In this document: positions 12,811 to 27,189 of the stretch, piece by piece
How the letters are laid out: each line of letters opens with the position of its first letter
Numbering within the stretch: position 1 is the stretch's first letter
Source of the DNA: Mobula hypostoma
Lineage: Eukaryota
Direction: 5' to 3'
Length of the DNA: 64,000 nucleotides
Assembly: GCF_963921235.1 (NCBI RefSeq)
Contig: NC_086108.1
Coordinates: 9,548,001 to 9,612,000 of the forward strand
Program-made: the position numbers and the translations under genes
Notes under the pieces: model-generated
The model's input: only the letters and a program-made list of their open reading frames with translations
What the model was told of the DNA's origin: nothing
The model's database searches: none

Positions 12811-15800
12811 ATTTAGAGGGTGGATTTTGTGTTTAAAGTACCTAGGCACATAAAATTTGTGGAGAAATGGACTTGAGGTACAGATTGACCATAAACCAAC
12901 AGTTCCACAACAGGCTTCAATGAATAATCTAATGTGTCAATCACAAACTATAATCTACAAGGAATGGCGCTACAGCTCCTTTGCAACCATTATGTTTTTA
13001 AGTAGGGGACAGACACTTCAATCTTCAGATAGGGTACTGTTAATGTGGCTCAGTTTTAACGACAGTCTATATGGTGGCTCTTAACTAAATGTCTTCCGGA
13101 AGCCTGTATGTACACCAACAGCATTCCCCTTGATCACCCTGTCAAGTTAAGGAGTTCTGCCTTTAACAAACCCAAACCAACTTTCTCTAAACAGCCAATG
13201 TTTGTCTGAGCTTTTCAGTCGCCATCTCTAAATTAATTGACTCTATGAGCAGTGAGTCATAGAGCACGGCAGCACAGAAACAGGCCCTGCAGCTCATCTA
13301 GTTCGTGTCAAACTATTGTGTTGCCTATTGCCATCGACCTCACCCGAACCATAGCGCTCCATATCCCTCCCATCCATATTTCTCTTAAATGTTGAAATCT
13401 AGCCTGAATCCACCATATCTACTGGCATCTTGCTCCACCCTCTTACTACCCTGTGAGTGAAGTTCCTCCCCAGGTTCCTCTTAAATATTTCACCTTTCAC
13501 TCTTAACCTATCACCTCTACTTCTAGTTTCACTGAACTTCAGTGGAAGAAGCCTGCTTGCACTTACCCTATCTATACCCTCAGTTCCATTTACCTTTATC
13601 AACTTCCCCTTATTCTCCATGATTTAATCCACAACCCATTTTAATTTATTTATACAGAAGATGTAGGTGACTGGTCCTTCTTGACCAACAACCCTACTCT
13701 GGAACTAATTATCCTACTAACCCGCGAGTCTTTGCAATGTGGAAGGAAACGAGAGCGCCCAAAGGAAACAGACTGTGTCAGGGGGAGAACGGACAAACTC
13801 CTCCCAGACAGTGGCAGAACTTAACCCAGGTTCCTGGCACTGCATTAGTGTTACTCTAAATGCTACTGCATCACCCCCAACCTTCAATATACAATTTTCC
13901 GATGTTTGAGCACTGCTCTGAACCTATGGATGTTCCAAAGATTAAGCCTACAGCTTTTTCATTTTAGCCAAGGAGACCAGATAATTTACCCACTTTGCAG
14001 TTACATTTTCTAGTAATTACCATGAAATTTTAGCCCATCTTGAATTTCAACAGCACCTTCCTTTGTCAAGATTACAGTAATACCATCTTCCTTGGGAAAG
14101 CCACAGTGCTCATTTAGTACCTCAGTTATGCCCTTTGCCTCTAAGAACATTTCTTTACTTGTAATTTGCAAAACCCTCAAGGGTTAGCTCCTAACACAGT
14201 GTAATTTGATCTCTGTCAAGTACTTGTTAAATCTTTCACAATGGAAATGCTGGCAGAAATTCCAGCCGTAAGATGTCAGATCAGTATGTGAACCAGAATC
14301 AGGTTTAATAATATCACCGGCATATGTCATGAAATTTGTAAACTTAGCAGCAGCAGTACAATGCAATACATGATAATATAGAAAGATAAATAAAAGAATT
14401 ACAGTAACTATATATGAAAGTTGCATAAATTAAAAATAGGGCAAAATGGAAAAAAGTAGTGAGGTAGTGTTCATAGGTTCAATGTCCATTTAGGAATCAG
14501 ATAGCAGAGAGGAAGAAGCTGTTCCAGATTTGCTGAGTGTGTGCCTTCAGGCTTCTGCACCTCCTTCCTGATGGTATCAATGAGAAGAGGACCTAGGTGA
14601 TGGGGATCCTTAATGATGGATGCCGCCTTTCTGAGGCATCGTTCTTTGAAGATGTCCTAGATACCATGGAGACAAGTACCCACGACGGAGCTGACTAATT
14701 TTACAACTATCTGTAGCTCCTTTCAATCCAGTATCCACCCCCCTCCCCATACCAGTGATTCACCAGTTAAAATGCTCTCCAAGGTACATCTGTAGAAGTT
14801 TTGAGTGTTTTAGGTGACATACCAAATCTCCTCAATCTCCTAATGTAATATAGCTGCTGTCATGCCTTCTTTATAGCTGCATTGGTGTTGGGTCTTCAGA
14901 AATGTTGCTGTCCAGGAACTATAAGAATCCAGGAATGTCAAAAGTATAATGGCTGAAGCAATTCATCCCATGACCTATTAACACAATATACTAAACTAAT
15001 AATTTTTTTCTTTATCTTTTCCTTTTTCAATTTCTTTAATTAATTTTTTGGCCCTAACAGCATCATAGGGTGGCACAGTAGCGTAGTGGTTAGCACAACG
15101 CTTTACGATATCAGCAATCCAGGTTCAATTCCAGCTGTTGTCTATAAAGTTTGTACGTCCTCCCCGTGACCGCATGGGTTGCCTCAGGGTACTCCTGTTT
15201 CCTTCCAAAGTCCAAAGACTTTGGTAGGTTAATTGGTCATTGTAAATTGTCCCATGATTAGGCCAGGATTAAATTGGGGGATTGCTAGGCAGCATGGCTC
15301 GAAGGGCCAGAAGGGCCTATTCAGCACTGTACATCAATATATAAGCTTTCACCCTAAATGCCAGTCCTCATACACTTTCACCACCCCAATCAGGAAGGCC
15401 TTAGGCATTCCAATATTTCCATCCAGCAGGTTAAGAGCACGATAGCACCTTCACTTTCTAATTAATCAGTATACATTCTGCATGTCATCTGAAACTTTGA
15501 GAAACTTCTACAGATGCACAGTGGAGAGCATCCAGACTGGTATGGAAACAGCAATGCCCAAGAATGGAAAAGGCTGCAGAAAGTAGTTGGTACAGCCCAT
15601 CACAGGCAAACCCATCCTACCTGTGAGCACATTTACAAGGATTCTGCTACAAGAAAACAGCATCCATCCTTAAGTACCCCCACCAGGCCTTGCTCTCTTC
15701 TCACTGCTGCCATCAGGAAGATGGTACATGAGCCTCAACTCCCACACCACCAGGTTCAGGAACAGTAAAAACCCTACAACCATCATGCTCCTGAAATGGT

Positions 15801-18800
15801 GTGGATAACTTCACTCTTGCTCTTTGTATTATGTATTTACATATTTATCTTATTTTGTACATTGTCGTCTGTCAGTCTGTGTGCATTGTGCTGTAGGTTT
15901 TTCTATGTTTTCTATCATTCCCTGGCCCCTCACAGCCTCATCTTCAAGTATTCAGTCCCTATACACTTTCACCATCCCAATCAGAAAGATCTTGGGGCTC
16001 TCCATTCCTTTCTATAACACGGATCTAACCAAATTCCATCTACTAATGATCAGGAATTTGTGATCTTGCTGAACAACAACATCTTTGATAACTCCCACTT
16101 TCTGCAAGTCAAAGGCAGAGCCATGGACACTTGCTTAGGCCCTAGCTCTGATCACTGTGGCCACCTGGAACTCCTAGTCAGAAGCCATTTTAAGTCTCCT
16201 CAGCATCCTCACACAATCCTGTCAGCTCTCAGTATTGTCCATTACAAAGTCAAGAGAGAGTACTGAATTCTTCAATTTCAGATAACCAGCTTCCCCTCTA
16301 CCCCTTCCATGTCTCCACCTTATCTAGATAGTTCCTTCTTCAAACACCAACCCCACCCCCATTCACTGTTTCTTCTCTTTATCTACCTAATCCAGGGATT
16401 CCCAACCTGGGGTTCACAGACCCTTTGCATCATGGTATCTACCCAATACATAGATTCCTCCTACTGGATCTCCTACTCTCTCCTGTTCTCATCTGCCCAC
16501 CCCATCTCTTATTTTGTTTCGCTTTCCTTTCCTACAAGGTTCAAAGTACATATACCATACACAACCAAAGAAACTATAGAATACCTGAGAAAACACACAC
16601 AAGACCAACAAACATCCAATGTGTGGAAAAACAATACACAGAACACAAACTGTAGAGTCACGGAAAGTGAAGCTGCAGCCACAGCCACGGAGTCCATTCA
16701 GTTCTGAGGCGAGTGAAGCTGGACCAGGAGCCCAGTGGCCACGCCTGCAGGGCCCTGCTCCGCAGGCCAATTCCCTGCTCAATCGCTAGCAGTAAAGAGG
16801 TTTCATATATGTCTTCAAAAAGTCAGTTATTGTCCTTACAGACTGAGAAGGAATTATACAAAGGAGAAAAGGAAATGGCACAGAAATTAAACAAACATTA
16901 TGCATGCTTTCCAGAAGAAAGAAAAGCTTGCAGAAAAAAGATCTGCAAATCTGAAGTAAATAAAGTCATAGAACCAAGATGTTTTTTGGGGGGGGTAGTG
17001 GGGATGGGGGTGAGATGAAGGAAGAGCACCCATTTAAGGGACTGATCATTTAAAGTGGTTTGTGGAAACATCCTCCAAGCGTAGTAAATCTTTGCCCAAG
17101 GGTGGAAAAAACCAGATCATTGGATCCTTTAAATATTGGGTGGACAGATATCTGAAGGATCAAAGACTCTGAAGGACAAGTGCCTTTGAACAAAAGGTAA
17201 TGGTTCAGCCCAGTACGTCATGGGTAAAGCCATTCCAACCTTGAGCACATCACCATGAAATACTGTCATAGGAAAGCAGCATTCATCAGAGATCCCCAAC
17301 ACACAGCTCATGCTCTTTTCTCGTTGCTGCCAACAGGTAGAAAGTACAAGAGCCTCAGGACTTGCACCACCATCAGGCTCTTGAACAAAGGGGATAATTT
17401 CACTCACTTGTCCATCCATTGAGATGTTTCCATAACCAATGATCTCATGCTGAGGACTCTTTAGTTATTTCAAGTTATCATTATTTATTGCTATTTATTT
17501 ATATTTGCATTTGCGCAAATGTCATACTGAACCTCCGCAGACTCCTGAGGAAGTAGAGGCTTTCTTTGCAATTGTACTTACGTGCTGGGTCCAGAACAGA
17601 TCCCCTGATATAATAGGCCCCCAGAAATTTAAAGTTGCTAATCCTCTTTACCTCTGATCCTTCCATGAGGACTGGCTCATGGACCACTGATTTCCCTCTC
17701 TGCAAGTCCTGAGTCATTCAGCTGGCATTTAATAATCTATGTCACTAGAGAATTTCGAATCTTCTACTACTCTTCTCAGTCATAAGTTGCATCTTCATTG
17801 AAAACTGTTCATGGGAAAGAGCAGCCATGTAAAAGAAAACTGTTAAAACCACTTTCACAATAAAAACCTGAAATCCTGAAAATTACTGACGAATGACCAC
17901 GTGACTTGTAACAACCTTCTAAACTTCTATAGATAAAAAATGTCCTGCTGCTTAAAAAAAGGAGTGATGAGTAACGGTGAAACATACAATTATCCTCTTC
18001 AGCATAAAAAAAGACCAGTAACCGATGCAATTCTACAGGAATCTGGGATCCTCGCTTATGTCAAGCAGTTAATTTGCTAATAGCAATTGTAGGTAATAAG
18101 TAGTTACGGTAGAAAGTTAGTATCCATGACAAGTTCCAGAGTGTAAAATTAAGAAAAAAATGCTTAACTCGTTGCCAATTTCATTGGGTTTTGGCAAGTC
18201 CACATATAGGTTGGTGTTGGGTTTATAATTTGAGCATCATTGGAACAGGAGTTATAGAACATAAAACAGTTCAGCACAGGAAAAAGCAGCATCCTGGTGA
18301 ACCCCTCCTGCACCCTCTCCAAAGCCTCAACATCCTTCCAACATTGGCGCGACTTCAACTGTATGCAATACTCCAAATGTGGTCTGACCAGTTTCATAAA
18401 GCTATGACAGCAACACAACCTCCTGACTTTTGAACTCAATGCCTTAACTAATAAAAGTGAGTATTCCATAAGCCTTCTTACCACCCTATCGATCTATGTA
18501 GCCACTTTCAAGGAGCTAAGAACTTGGAGACCAAGAGCTCTCTGCTCAGCAACACTTAAGGATCTCTGAACATTTGTGTAGAGGAAGTTATAATGGGCTT
18601 CACGGGTTCTGCCACAGAAGTGGGGAGCTGTAACATTTTATATCCAGAGCACCTAACTCCAGGGATATCACTTCCAATCACTTCTAAAGTACAGTTAGTG
18701 TTGCAATATTTAAATTAAAAGTTATTAAGAAAAATTATAGTAAACTCCAACAAAAACAACACAAGTGATACTGACTGTGGAATTAAAGGTCACAGAAATC

Positions 18801-20850
18801 TCCTGATTCTCTTTGGAACAGTTGAAGATCATTTAAAACTAGATTCTAAAAAGCCATAAGCCCATAAGATATAGGAGCAGAATTAAGCCATTTGGCCCGA
18901 CAAGTCTTCTCTGCCTTCATCATTTCATCTCAGCACCAATTTCTTGCCTTCTCCCCGTAATCCTTCATGCCCTGACCAATTAAGAGTCCATCTTGATTAC
19001 CATAAATAAGTTAATAAAATATAGGTTCATTTATGGCTAATTTATTATCCCTCTCAACCCCATTCTCCTGCCTTCACAGCCATTTGTGACAATGAATTCC
19101 ACAGATTCACCACCCTCTGGGGATGTCCTTCAATTCTGAGGATGTGCTCTGTGACTCACCCAATCATAGCTATGACAGCAATAATATGTAATTAATGTTA
19201 ATGTTTGAGATACTAAGGATTTTCTTTCTAAATCAAGTAAAAAAAATGGAAAAAAGGTTCAGCAAGTAGATTAGTTCCAGAGAATACTACTTGGCCCAAA
19301 GAATACTAAGGCTTTCAGAATCAGATTAGGTTTAATATCACTGGCAGAATTTTGTCATCTTTGCTGCAGCAGTACAATGCAATGAATAATAAGAGAAAAA
19401 TGTGAATTACAGTCCCTTTTTCACACATATATTAAATAGTTCAATTAAATTAGTACAAAAATATAAATTTAAAAAAGTAATGAGGTAGGGTTCATGGGTT
19501 CAATGTCCATTCAGAAAATCCGATGGCAGAGGGGAAGAATCTGTTTATGAATCGTTAAGTGTGTGCCTTCAGGCTTCTGTACCTCCTTCCTGATGGTAGC
19601 AATGAGAAGAGGGCATAGCCTGGGTGATTGTTAATGCCTTTTTGAAGCATTGCTCCTTGAAGATGTCCTGGATACTATGGAGGCCAGTGCCCATGATGAG
19701 TTGATTAAGTGTACAACTCTCTGCAGCTTACTTCAGACAGTTGTTCAGACCAGACAGTGATGCAGTCAGTTAAAACACTCCCATACAATCTTTTATTCAC
19801 ACCCACACAGGGCAGACCAGGTCTCAGTTTACCCTTTCAGTTGAATTAAACGGCGACTCCTTTATTTGCATCTTTGGAAACAGCTCTATTTCTATCTTTA
19901 ATATCTTTATTTTTCCCTTTCAAGGTTCTTATGAAGACCCTGACCTGGAGTTACATGCTGACTTCGGCTCTTTGTGAGAATGGGACCCCCTCTCGGGGAT
20001 TCATAACTGGCTGTTGTTCGGCACACTAAGGTCTCAGCCTAAGAGTCCGGTTCAGATTTGTAAGCCTAAGATCTCGGGTCTCTGGATACATGAACCTTTA
20101 AATTGCAAGAATTTCAAGTCAGGTATGGTGTGGCACTGCACAGGATTGAAATCAACTGCTGAGAGTTGTAAACTCAGTCAGCTCCATCATGGGTAGTATC
20201 CCAAGAGATCTTCAAGGAGTGATGCCTCAGAAAGGCAGTGTCCGTCGTTAAGGATCCCCATCAGTCAGGTCTTGCCCTTTTCTCATTCTCAGGAAGGAGG
20301 TACAGAAGGCACCCACTTAGTGATTCAGGAACAGCTTTCTCCCCTCTGTTATCCAATTTCTAAATGGGCATTGAACCCATGAACGTTACCTCCTTACTTT
20401 ATAAATTTCTGTGCTTACACTATTTATTTTAACTAGTTAATATACATAGTTTATATTGCATACTGCAATAGTTTCTTTTCTATATTTATCATGTATCACA
20501 TTGTACTGCTGCCACAAAGTCAACAAATTTCAAAACATATGCCAGTGTTACTAAACCCGATTCTGATTTAGGTTGAAAAGAGCCTGGTGATTCTACAAAT
20601 GAAAATCTGTACTTGTTAGTATTCTGCAAAATTCTACAAACTTTATGACAGAAGGACAATCATAGTGCACTGGTTCAATCTGAAAAGTTTCACTTGATCC
20701 TCTGCAATGGAGAAGTTTTAAAAAGTAACATTACAGATTGTATAGAAATAAATTGTTGCAATCTTCATATAGTATATCCTCCAAAGTTTTAAAATAGCTG
20801 AATTCTGCACTGTCATGACATGCAACAAAGCAGGTCAGATTTTACTGAAG

Positions 20851-22946
20851 CAACACACAAAGTTGCTGGTGAACGCAGCAGGCCAAGCAGCATCTGTAGG
20901 AATAGGTGCAGTCAACGTTTCAGGCTGAGACCCTTCGTCAGGACTAACTGAAGGAAGAGTGAGTAAGGGATTTGAAAGTTGGAGGGGGAGGGGGAGATCC
21001 AAAATGATAGGAGAAGACAGGATGGGGAGGGATGGAGCCAAGAGCTGGACAGGTGATAGGCAAAAGGGGAAAGGGGATACGAGAGGATCATGGGACAGAA
21101 GGTCCGGGAAGAAAGACGGGGGGGGGGGACCCAGAGGATGGGCGAGAGGTATATTCAGAGGGACAGAGGGAGAAAAAGGAGAGTGAGAGAAAGAATGTGC
21201 ATAAAAATGAGTAACAGATGGGGTACGAGGGGGAGGTGGGGCCTTAGCTGAAGTTAGAGAAGTCGATGTTCATGCCATCAGGTTGGAGGCTACCCAGACG
21301 GAATATAAGGTGTTGTTCCTCCAACCTGAGTGTGGCTTCATCTTTACAGTAGAGGAGGCCGTGGATAGACATGTCAGAATGGGAATGGGATGTGGAATTA
21401 AAATGTGTGGCCACTGGGAGATCCTGCTTTCTCTAGCGGACAGAGCGTAGATGTTCAGCAAAGCGGTCTCCCAGTCTGCGTTGGGTCTCGCTAATATATA
21501 AAAGGCCACATCGGGAGCACCGGACGCAGTATATCACCCCAGTCGACTCACAGGTGAAGTGTTGCCTCACCTGGAAGGACTGTCTGGGGCCCTGAATGGT
21601 GGTAAGGGAGGAAGTGTAAGGGCATGTGTAGCACTTGTTCCGCTTACACGGATAAGTGCCAGGAGGAAGATTAGTGGGGAGGGATGGGGGGGACAAATGG
21701 ACAAGGCAGTTGTGTAGGGAGCGATCCCTGCGGAATGCAAAGAGAGGCGGGGAGGGAAAGATGTGCTTAGTGGTAGGATCCCGTTGGAGGTGGCGGAAGT
21801 TACGGAGAATAATATATTGGACCCGGAGGCTGGTGGGGTGGTAGGTGAGGACCAGGTGAACCCTATTCCTAGTGGGGAGGCGGGAGGATGGAGTGAGAGC
21901 AGATGTACGTGAAATGGGGGAGATGCGTTTAAGAGCAGAGTTGATAGTGGAGGAAGGGAAGCCCCTTTCTTTAAAAAAGGAAGACATCTCCCTCGTCCTA
22001 GAATGAAAAGCCTCATCCTGAGAGCAGATGCGGCGGAGACGGAGGAATTGCGATAAGGGGATGGCGTTTTTGAAAGAGACAGGGTGAGAAGAGGAATAGT
22101 CCAGATAGCTGTGAGAGTCAGTAGGCTTATAGTAGACATCAGTGGATAAGCTGTCTCCAGAGACAGAGACAGAAAGATCTAGAAAGGGGAGGGAGGTGTC
22201 GGAAATGGACCAGGTAAACTTGAGGGCAGGGTGAAAGTTGGAGGCAAAGTTAATAAAGTCGACGAGTTCTGCATGTGTGCAGGAAGCAGCGCCAATGCAG
22301 TCGTCGATGTAGGGAAGGAAAAGTGGGGGACAGATACCAGAATAGGCACGGAACATAGATTGTTCCACAAACCCAACAAAAAGGCAGGCATAGCTAGGAC
22401 CCATATGGGTGCCCATAGCTACACCTTTAGTTTGGAGGAAGTGGGAGGAGCCAAAGGAGAAATTATTAAGAGTAAGGACTAATTCCATTAGACGGAGCAG
22501 AGTGGTGGTAGAGGGGAACTGATTAGGTCTGGAATCCAAAAAGAAGCGTAGAGCTTTGAGACCTTAAAAGTTCCTTTTAAGGTCCCTGGCCCCCACCGCT
22601 TTATTTTCACCATGGATGTCCAGTCCTTATATACTTCCATTCCCCATCAGGAACCGAACTCATTTCTGCATACCTCGACACTGTTTTATCACCCCTTGTT
22701 CAATCTCTTCCGACCTATGTTCGTGACACTTCTCACGCTCTTAAACTTTTCGATGATTTTAAGTTCCCTGGCCCCCACCACTTTATTTTCACCATGGATG
22801 TCCAGTCCTTATATACTTCCATCCCCCATCAGGAAGGTCTCAAAGATCTATGCTTCTTTTTGGATTCCAGACCTAATCAGTTCCCCTCTAGCATCTGCAT
22901 TCCCCTCTAGCATCTAACATTCCAGCATCTGCAGAATTCCTGTTGT
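20851..22946 (-). mobile_element. Penelope-like retroelement (RT + GIY-YIG endonuclease), 5'-truncated, with inverted 5' segment
   Basis: ORF 22539-21433 has RT motifs QTKGVAMG and YIDD and GIY-YIG-like VIY...LYISET. After one in-frame TAG the frame continues to TAA at 21244. 16-bp TSD TCAGATTTTACTGAAG at 20835-20850 and 22947-22962. Confidence 0.9.
20909..20946 (-). ncRNA. Minimal hammerhead ribozyme motif (Penelope-associated)
   Basis: UAGUC CUGACGA AGG GUCUCAG CCU GAAA C GUU GACUG: core CUGANGA/GAAA, stems I and II present, palindromic AACGUU in place of stem III. Confidence 0.7.
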
Positions 22947-23609
22947 TCAGATTTTACTGAAGGAACCTTTTGGTACACAAAGTAACTCTAATGAAAATAC
23001 TGAGGCCGCAAACTCATATAAGATTTTTGAAAGCTGAAAATCCTTTGTACAAGCAAGGCAAACCGAAATAAAGGTTTTATTTACACCCCAGGAACAAACA
23101 CAATTTCTCAGCTCCACATATAGGTGGGCTCACTTTACCTTTTGTTGCCTTTTCAACATCATGTCCCAAAGTCAACAAATATTTTTCATTATTGAAAAAC
23201 AGGCTGTGCCACATAAGGTGATAGCAAACTTTGTTCATAGACAGAACTAGCAACTGAAAAGAAAGAAAACCGAATTGTTTCCTGTGAAAACCTTTAACCA
23301 AAATAAAACGAGCCGTTATAAACTGATTGGGGCATATACACTCCTCAGTGGCCATTTTATTAGTACAGGAGTGGAACATTGCATGGTCTTCCGCTGGTTC
23401 AAGGTTTGACATATTGCGCATTCAGAGATGCTCTTCTGCCCGTCACTGTGGTAATGTGTGGTTATTTGAGTTACTGTCGCCTACCTGTCAGCTTGAACCA
23501 GTTTGGCCATTCCCCTCTGACCTCTCATTTACAAGGTGTTTTCACCCACAGAAATGCCACTCACTGGATGTCTTTCTGTTTCTCCCTCCAGTTACTATAA
23601 ACTCTAGAG

Positions 23610-23689
23610 CAGGGGTTCCCAACGTGGGGTCCACAGACCCCTTAGTTAATGGTAGGGGCCCATGGCATAAAAAAAGTTGGGAACTGCTG
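23610..23689. mobile_element. hAT (Charlie-like) ~80-bp MITE
   Basis: TIR CAGGGGTTCCCAAC with TSD CTCTAGAG/CTCCAGAG. Further copies near 10611, 35711, 36010 and 62726. Confidence 0.8.
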
Positions 23690-23894
23690 CTCCAGAGACG
23701 ATTACATGTGAAAACCCCAGAAGGTCAGCCGTTTGAGATACTCAAACCACCCTGTTTGGCTCAACAGTCATTCCATGGTCAAGGTCACTCAGGTCACACC
23801 TTCTCCATTTTCTGAACAACCGGACCTCTTGACCACGTGTGCATGCTTTTACACATTGAGTTGCTGCCACATGATTAGCTAATCAGACTTTGGC

Positions 23895-24416
23895 TTTTCG
23901 TTCCATCTGCCAAGAACAGAACTTCTGAGTGGCCAACCCAAGCATTTTAATTCCAATTCCCATTCCGACATGCCAGTCCATGGTCTCCTCTTATACCAAG
24001 ATGATGCCACACTCCAGATGGAGGTGCAACATCTTATATTCCTTCTGGATACCCTCCAACTTGATCGCATGAAAATAGATTTCTCCTTCTGGTTAAAAAA
24101 TTCCCTGCCCATCCCCTTTTTGGCCTCTTACCTCTTCCCACCTGCCTAGTACCTCCCCCTGGGTCCCCTCCTCCTCCTCTTTCTCCCATAGTCCACTCTC
24201 CTCTCCCATCAGATTTCTTCCTCTCCAACCTTTCCCACCCTCCTGGCTTTATCCATCACTTTCCAGCTACCCTCTTTCCATTCCCCCTCATTTTACTCAG
24301 GCATCTTCCTCCTTCCCTTCCAGACCTGAAGGAGGGTCTCGGCCTGAAACATTGACTGTTTATTTCCATAGATGCTGCTTGTCCTGCTGAGTTCCTCCAG
24401 CATTTTGTGTGTGTTG
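23895..24416 (+). mobile_element. Penelope-like 3' fragment nested in a Tc1-like MITE
   Basis: Reverse-complement similarity to 20851-21420. Mutated hammerhead at 24321-24358. Confidence 0.75.
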
Positions 24417-25689
24417 ATTAGATATTTGCAATAACAAGCAGGTGTACAGGTGCTCCTAATAAAGTGGCCACTGTGTACAATTATAGGAAAATAGCATTAA
24501 GATTGATGTATTATTCAATAGAACTGAACATTTCCCTGTTGTGCAGTAAAACTCACTCTAGACATGACAAAAATAGAAGGCCACCTGGCCCTAAGCCAGA
24601 TAATCTACAGAAATCTATTCCTGTAGTCTGTAACTAATCATTTACCTCAGCATCACAACCCACATGCAAAGAACCTGGAAAGACATCGAGGACTAATAAT
24701 GAAAGTTGAGTGTAAAGTTTGATCTCTGAGACTGCCAGCATTTAAAGATTTACTACCAGTGATTGAGGGAAGTATAAGGAATCAGAAGCTCACTTAAAAT
24801 GGCAACTTGTCAGATGGTGGCATAGGATATTATAATTTATTTCCCCACTTGCACCCTTCTGCCGTTCAGCCTGAATGGATTTAATTAGCAAAATATTAAC
24901 TACAATTATCCGAAGACTTAAAATCTAAGAAACTATTTAAATGAAAAATCCAACAGCCAAGTTAAATTGTCCTAACAATATAGAAGGGTTTTATCTTTTA
25001 TTTGTAACAGTATATAGATATTGAATGCACCAGCAATGAGTAGGTGGTGAGAATTCTATAATTAGTCTCACCAGTGTTATACCAGGCATCACAGCCTGAT
25101 ATGGAAAGACAATGCCTTTGAACAGAAAATCGACAAAAGGTAGTGGATTTGGCCAGTACATCATGGGTAAAGCCCTCCCAACCATTGAGCACATTGACAT
25201 AAAACGCTGTCGCAGGAAAACAGCATCCATTATCAGAGATCTTCACAACCCAGGCCATGCTCTTTTCTCATTGCTGCCTCAGGACTTGCACCACCAGGTT
25301 CAAAAACAGTTACTACCCTCAATTATCAGGCTCTTGAATAAAATGAAATAACTACACTCACTTGCCATTCCATTGAGATAATCTCTCAACAAATGATCTC
25401 ACTTTAAGGACTCCATCTCTTTATCTCATGCTCATGTTATTTATCATTATTCACTTAATATTTGCAGTTTATTCTCTTCTGCACTCTGGTTGATCTTTAT
25501 CTGATCCTTTTATAGTTACTATTCTATAAATTTGCTGAGTATGCCCGCAGAAAAAGGTATCCCAGGGTTGTAAGTGGTGACATACATGTACTCTGATAAT
25601 AAAATTTACTTCGAATTTTTCAGTGCTAGGATCTTTTGCCTGACCTTCACTCGGTCTCCACAGGAAATTCAAATGTGTGGATTGGGTCA

Positions 25690-26132
25690 CTTTTGAGTGT
25701 ATCTTTAGGACATTGGGTGCTGATCATGAAAACCACCATGACATTTCCCTATCATGTACCTTTTTTTTTTGGAAATTGTCTATATTTGTTACTTGAATTC
25801 ATAATTCAAGTCAGAATAACTGATGCCAAGATTAAGGAAGGCATTTTTGTTGGTCCACAAATCAAACAGATCATCAATGACAGGTAATTCAAAGAATTTC
25901 TAGTGGGACCTGAGAATAAAATATTTTTAGTTTAGTTGAACTACCGCAAAGGGTCAGTGCCATTAGACAATTAAATGCATTATATTCAATAAAAGTTAAT
26001 TTCTTGTTTCTCCAAATTCCTGTGTGATACAGGTAGCTTGAAATTATATTAGTATTCAGTTTCAAGCGGTCTAACATAAACAAAAAAAAATTATGAGGAA
26101 GCAGACTTCTGAAACAATTTGTTGTCCCCTGT
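25690..26132 (+). mobile_element. Chapaev3-like shorter deletion derivative
   Basis: Colinear similarity to 3775-3975 and 4315-4525. Remnant ITDAKIKEGIFVGPQIKQIIND. Confidence 0.7.
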
Positions 26133-27189
26133 AAGTAGATCACAGTTGTTCCTTACTTGAATTTACTTTTCTGGTTCAGTAATATTTAATGCCCTGTGTA
26201 ACAAAGTGCAATTTTCAGCCCAAACTTTTCAAAACATCTCCCAGTCTCAGCAGCAATCTTCAACAAGCTATTGTTGCACTCCAGAGATCCCACTGCATCA
26301 TTCTGAAGATTAGATCATCCAGCAAGGCTGCCTAGTATTCATTCTTCAACCATTATCACTAAAACAAGGTTACTCCTCTCTTTGCTGCATTGAGGATTGG
26401 GCCGTGGGTCTGCTTCAGGCTTGGTGTCTATGGACTCAGTTTTGTTCTAAATGCTATTTATTGTCTGCATGATTTGTTCCCCCCCCCCCGCACATTGGGT
26501 GTGTGTTGGTCTCTTTTTTTTTAAATGGGTTCTTTTGGGTTTCTTTGTTTTGATGCTGCCTGCAAGGAGAAGAATCTCAAGGTTGTAGAATGTACACATG
26601 CTTTGATAGTAAATGTACTATGAACCCGAACATTAACTACTTCTGGGAATCAGTAGTGTCCAAATTGACAAGCATTTTGGCAAGATCGTACCTAATGATA
26701 ACCAAAAAGCAGCATTTGAGTTAAGACAGTAGATCTCCATTTAGTGTACGAGGCCACCCAGGTATTAAGTACCACATACACACAAATAAGCAATTAGCAG
26801 GTCAGTGTGATGATTTGCCAGCTGCTGTGGGTACCTTCTGCCAGGAGGGAAGAGGGTATTTTTGCACGCCTTCTCTCCCCACCAGAGTCTACAGAACAGA
26901 CTGACTCATTGGATAAGGGGTGGAAGGGGAGCAGTGAGTTGGTAGCTGCTCTTCCCAACAGTGCTCAGCTGGAGGGGATTGAGAAGTGATCACCAATAGC
27001 TCATACTGCTCCAACCACATCGATGGCATGGCCAATAAAGCACACTAACACCTCTACTTCCTCAGAAAGCTAAAGATACTTAACATGCCCTCTGACCCTC
27101 ACTAATTTTTAATCAATGTCTAGGAGCCATGTATCTATTTTCTATCTGCACTATATTTTCGGGTTACATGTTTATTATGTTTATGATAA

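Larger units (their letters stand above)
23339..24475. mobile_element. Tc1-like non-autonomous element hosting a hAT MITE and a Penelope fragment
   Basis: TIRs CAGTGGCCATTTTATTAG / CTAATAAAGTGGCCACTG with TA flanks. Confidence 0.7.
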
